A DNA stretch of 63,510 nucleotides, filler included, from Neolecta irregularis DAH-3 (Eukaryota): NCBI GenBank assembly GCA_001929475.1. It is 17 parts of 17 records of this genome, joined end to end, with 100 filler letters (N's around TTAATTAATTAA, not from the genome) between each part and the next. Parts side by side here need not be neighbours in the genome. Positions count along the whole stretch, not along the records: positions 62,301 to 63,510 come from LXFE01001904.1; 16 more parts are not named here. One strand, given 5' to 3'. The position numbers and the translations under genes are program-made. Position 1 is the first letter of the stretch. The number at the start of each line of letters is the position of its first letter. Shown one piece after another: positions 62,308 through 63,510 of this stretch. Below the pieces are notes generated by a model. The model was not told the origin of the DNA, searched no databases, and saw nothing but the letters and a program-made list of their open reading frames with translations.

Positions 62308-62778
62308 TCAACCATCAACTGAAATTTCTTCATCTCCTCTCAATTCAACCATCAACTGAAATTTCTCTATATAGCCTGGGTCCATGGGCTGGGCCAGTCC
62401 CTCAGGAAAGCCCATGGACAGGGCTCTACAAAAGCACATGGGCGTCGGACTGCCAACATTGACTCCATCTCCATCCGTTTCACGACTGTAACTCTCGGGA
62501 CGGATTCCGAGCGACAAATCATTATTGACCTCAGGAGCAGGCGCTGGGCTTTCGACAAAATTCAAATTTGGGTTGCCACTTAGTTTCTCCTCTAGAGGAG
62601 GGTATAATAAATCAAACTGGACCTCAGGAGGAGCGAGCGCTGGGCTTGTGACAAAATGCAAATTGGGGTTGCCAGGTAGTTCCCCCGCTAGAGGTTGGTA
62701 TAATTCGATAGAGGAAACCTTGCCTGGAGCAGTAACGACTAATGTGAGTAGAGTTGCGAATACAATGTCAAGTTGCAT
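62308..62778 (-). CDS. Orphan, probably secreted protein with two internal repeats of about 33 aa
   Basis: MQLDIVFATLLTLVVTA signal-like; LYxPLxxxLxGNPNLxFVxSPAxAP twice; 3' end unreliable at the contig edge. Confidence 0.55.
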   Translation of the reverse strand: MQLDIVFATLLTLVVTAPGKVSSIELYQPLAGELPGNPNLHFVTSPALAPPEVQFDLLYPPLEEKLSGNPNLNFVESPAPAPEVNNDLSLGIRPESYSRETDGDGVNVGSPTPMCFCRALSMGFPEGLAQPMDPGYIEKFQLMVELRGDEEISVDG

Positions 62779-63510
62779 TGTAACTGAATCTTTTGGCACA
62801 GACGAGTGAATCTGTAAGTGATCGCCTGAAGTACGAATAAGACCCGGTGTATTCTATCCAAGGTAAGTCAATTTCTTGTATATACAGGAGTATACCTAGC
62901 CAAGATAAGTTGGCATGGTGGCTTGACGGCAAGTATATAAAGGCACAAGTTAGATGTTCCCAGAATACTTTGGCTAGGTATGTCCCTTTGTAACAAGAAT
63001 GAATAATTTGGCTATTTATAACACTCGGTCTTATCATACTTCTAAACGCATAGCTTACAATAACCAATCAATCATGCGGATGAGATTGCAGACCACACGA
63101 TGAGAACAAGCTCAAAGAGGAAGCTAACCTCATCCCTAGTAGCTGCCGCACTATCGATATACCAACTGTAAGTGCCTGTGTCGCGCAGAATCCGGCTCAA
63201 GGGTCAAAGTCGGGAAGAGGATGGAGATTGGGTGACAGTTCTTAAAGTTGTTCTTTTTGATCTTTGATATATTCTTGAATTTCTTGATTTGAAAAGAAAG
63301 AGGGGCGGGGACTGTTCTATATACCTGCAGAACACGACATACTTACTTTCAGTACACGCTGTAGATAAAAAAGGAAAAGCTAAACTAAGCCCCGTTTTAT
63401 ATACGGTGACTCGTCAGCACGCCTCATACTCCCGGTACGAAGATACTCTCGGGAAGACAGGACCGACGTCGGAAGCAGAACCGTGCCGAGATGGATATGA
63501 TAGTGGATCG

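Noticed and set aside
1-63510. A functional gene cluster spanning the window; tRNA, rRNA or snoRNA genes
   Set aside because: Contigs are unlinked and their genes functionally unrelated; no RNA gene was recognisable by eye (tRNAscan-SE/Infernal would be needed).

Overview
Not a contiguous locus: about 17 short contigs of a compact, intron-rich fungal (ascomycete) draft genome joined by artificial N44-TTAATTAATTAA-N44 linkers, plus several 10-N gaps flanked by duplicated overlap sequence. Gene content and the 30-45 nt introns suggest a Taphrinomycotina-type fungus, e.g. Neolecta-like; this is inference. Recognisable genes: KRE2/KTR mannosyltransferase (3' part), TPT-family transporter, TEA/ATTS transcription factor, DHA1 MFS transporter, divergent ACL2/ACL1 pair, Pof10-like F-box/WD40/UIM protein, Ste7-type MAPKK (3' part), RMD1-family protein, UTP30, PPT1, PTEN, CCA1, TRS85, CHM7, SHM2, signal peptide peptidase, Rim4/Msa1, choline kinase, a PB1-UBA protein, KDM3-type JmjC protein, APH/ACAD10-like kinase, DCAF7, GPI17 and APC11. 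Decayed Ty3/Gypsy, hAT and MITE elements are also present. Most notable: (1) a relaxed splicing code, with at least 5 weak GC-AG donors and frequent GAG/AAG acceptors in tiny introns; (2) two paralogous orphan proteins with NLS-like motifs, one also carrying a signal peptide and a Cys-rich N-terminal domain (candidate nuclear-targeted effector family); (3) sharp GC-rich islands whose G/C strand skew flips at the centre regardless of gene direction (possible fossil recombination hotspots); (4) a p62/NBR1-like PB1-AIM-UBA protein; (5) a possible GTG-initiated mitochondrial CCA1 isoform. All gene models are manual and unverified by RNA data.
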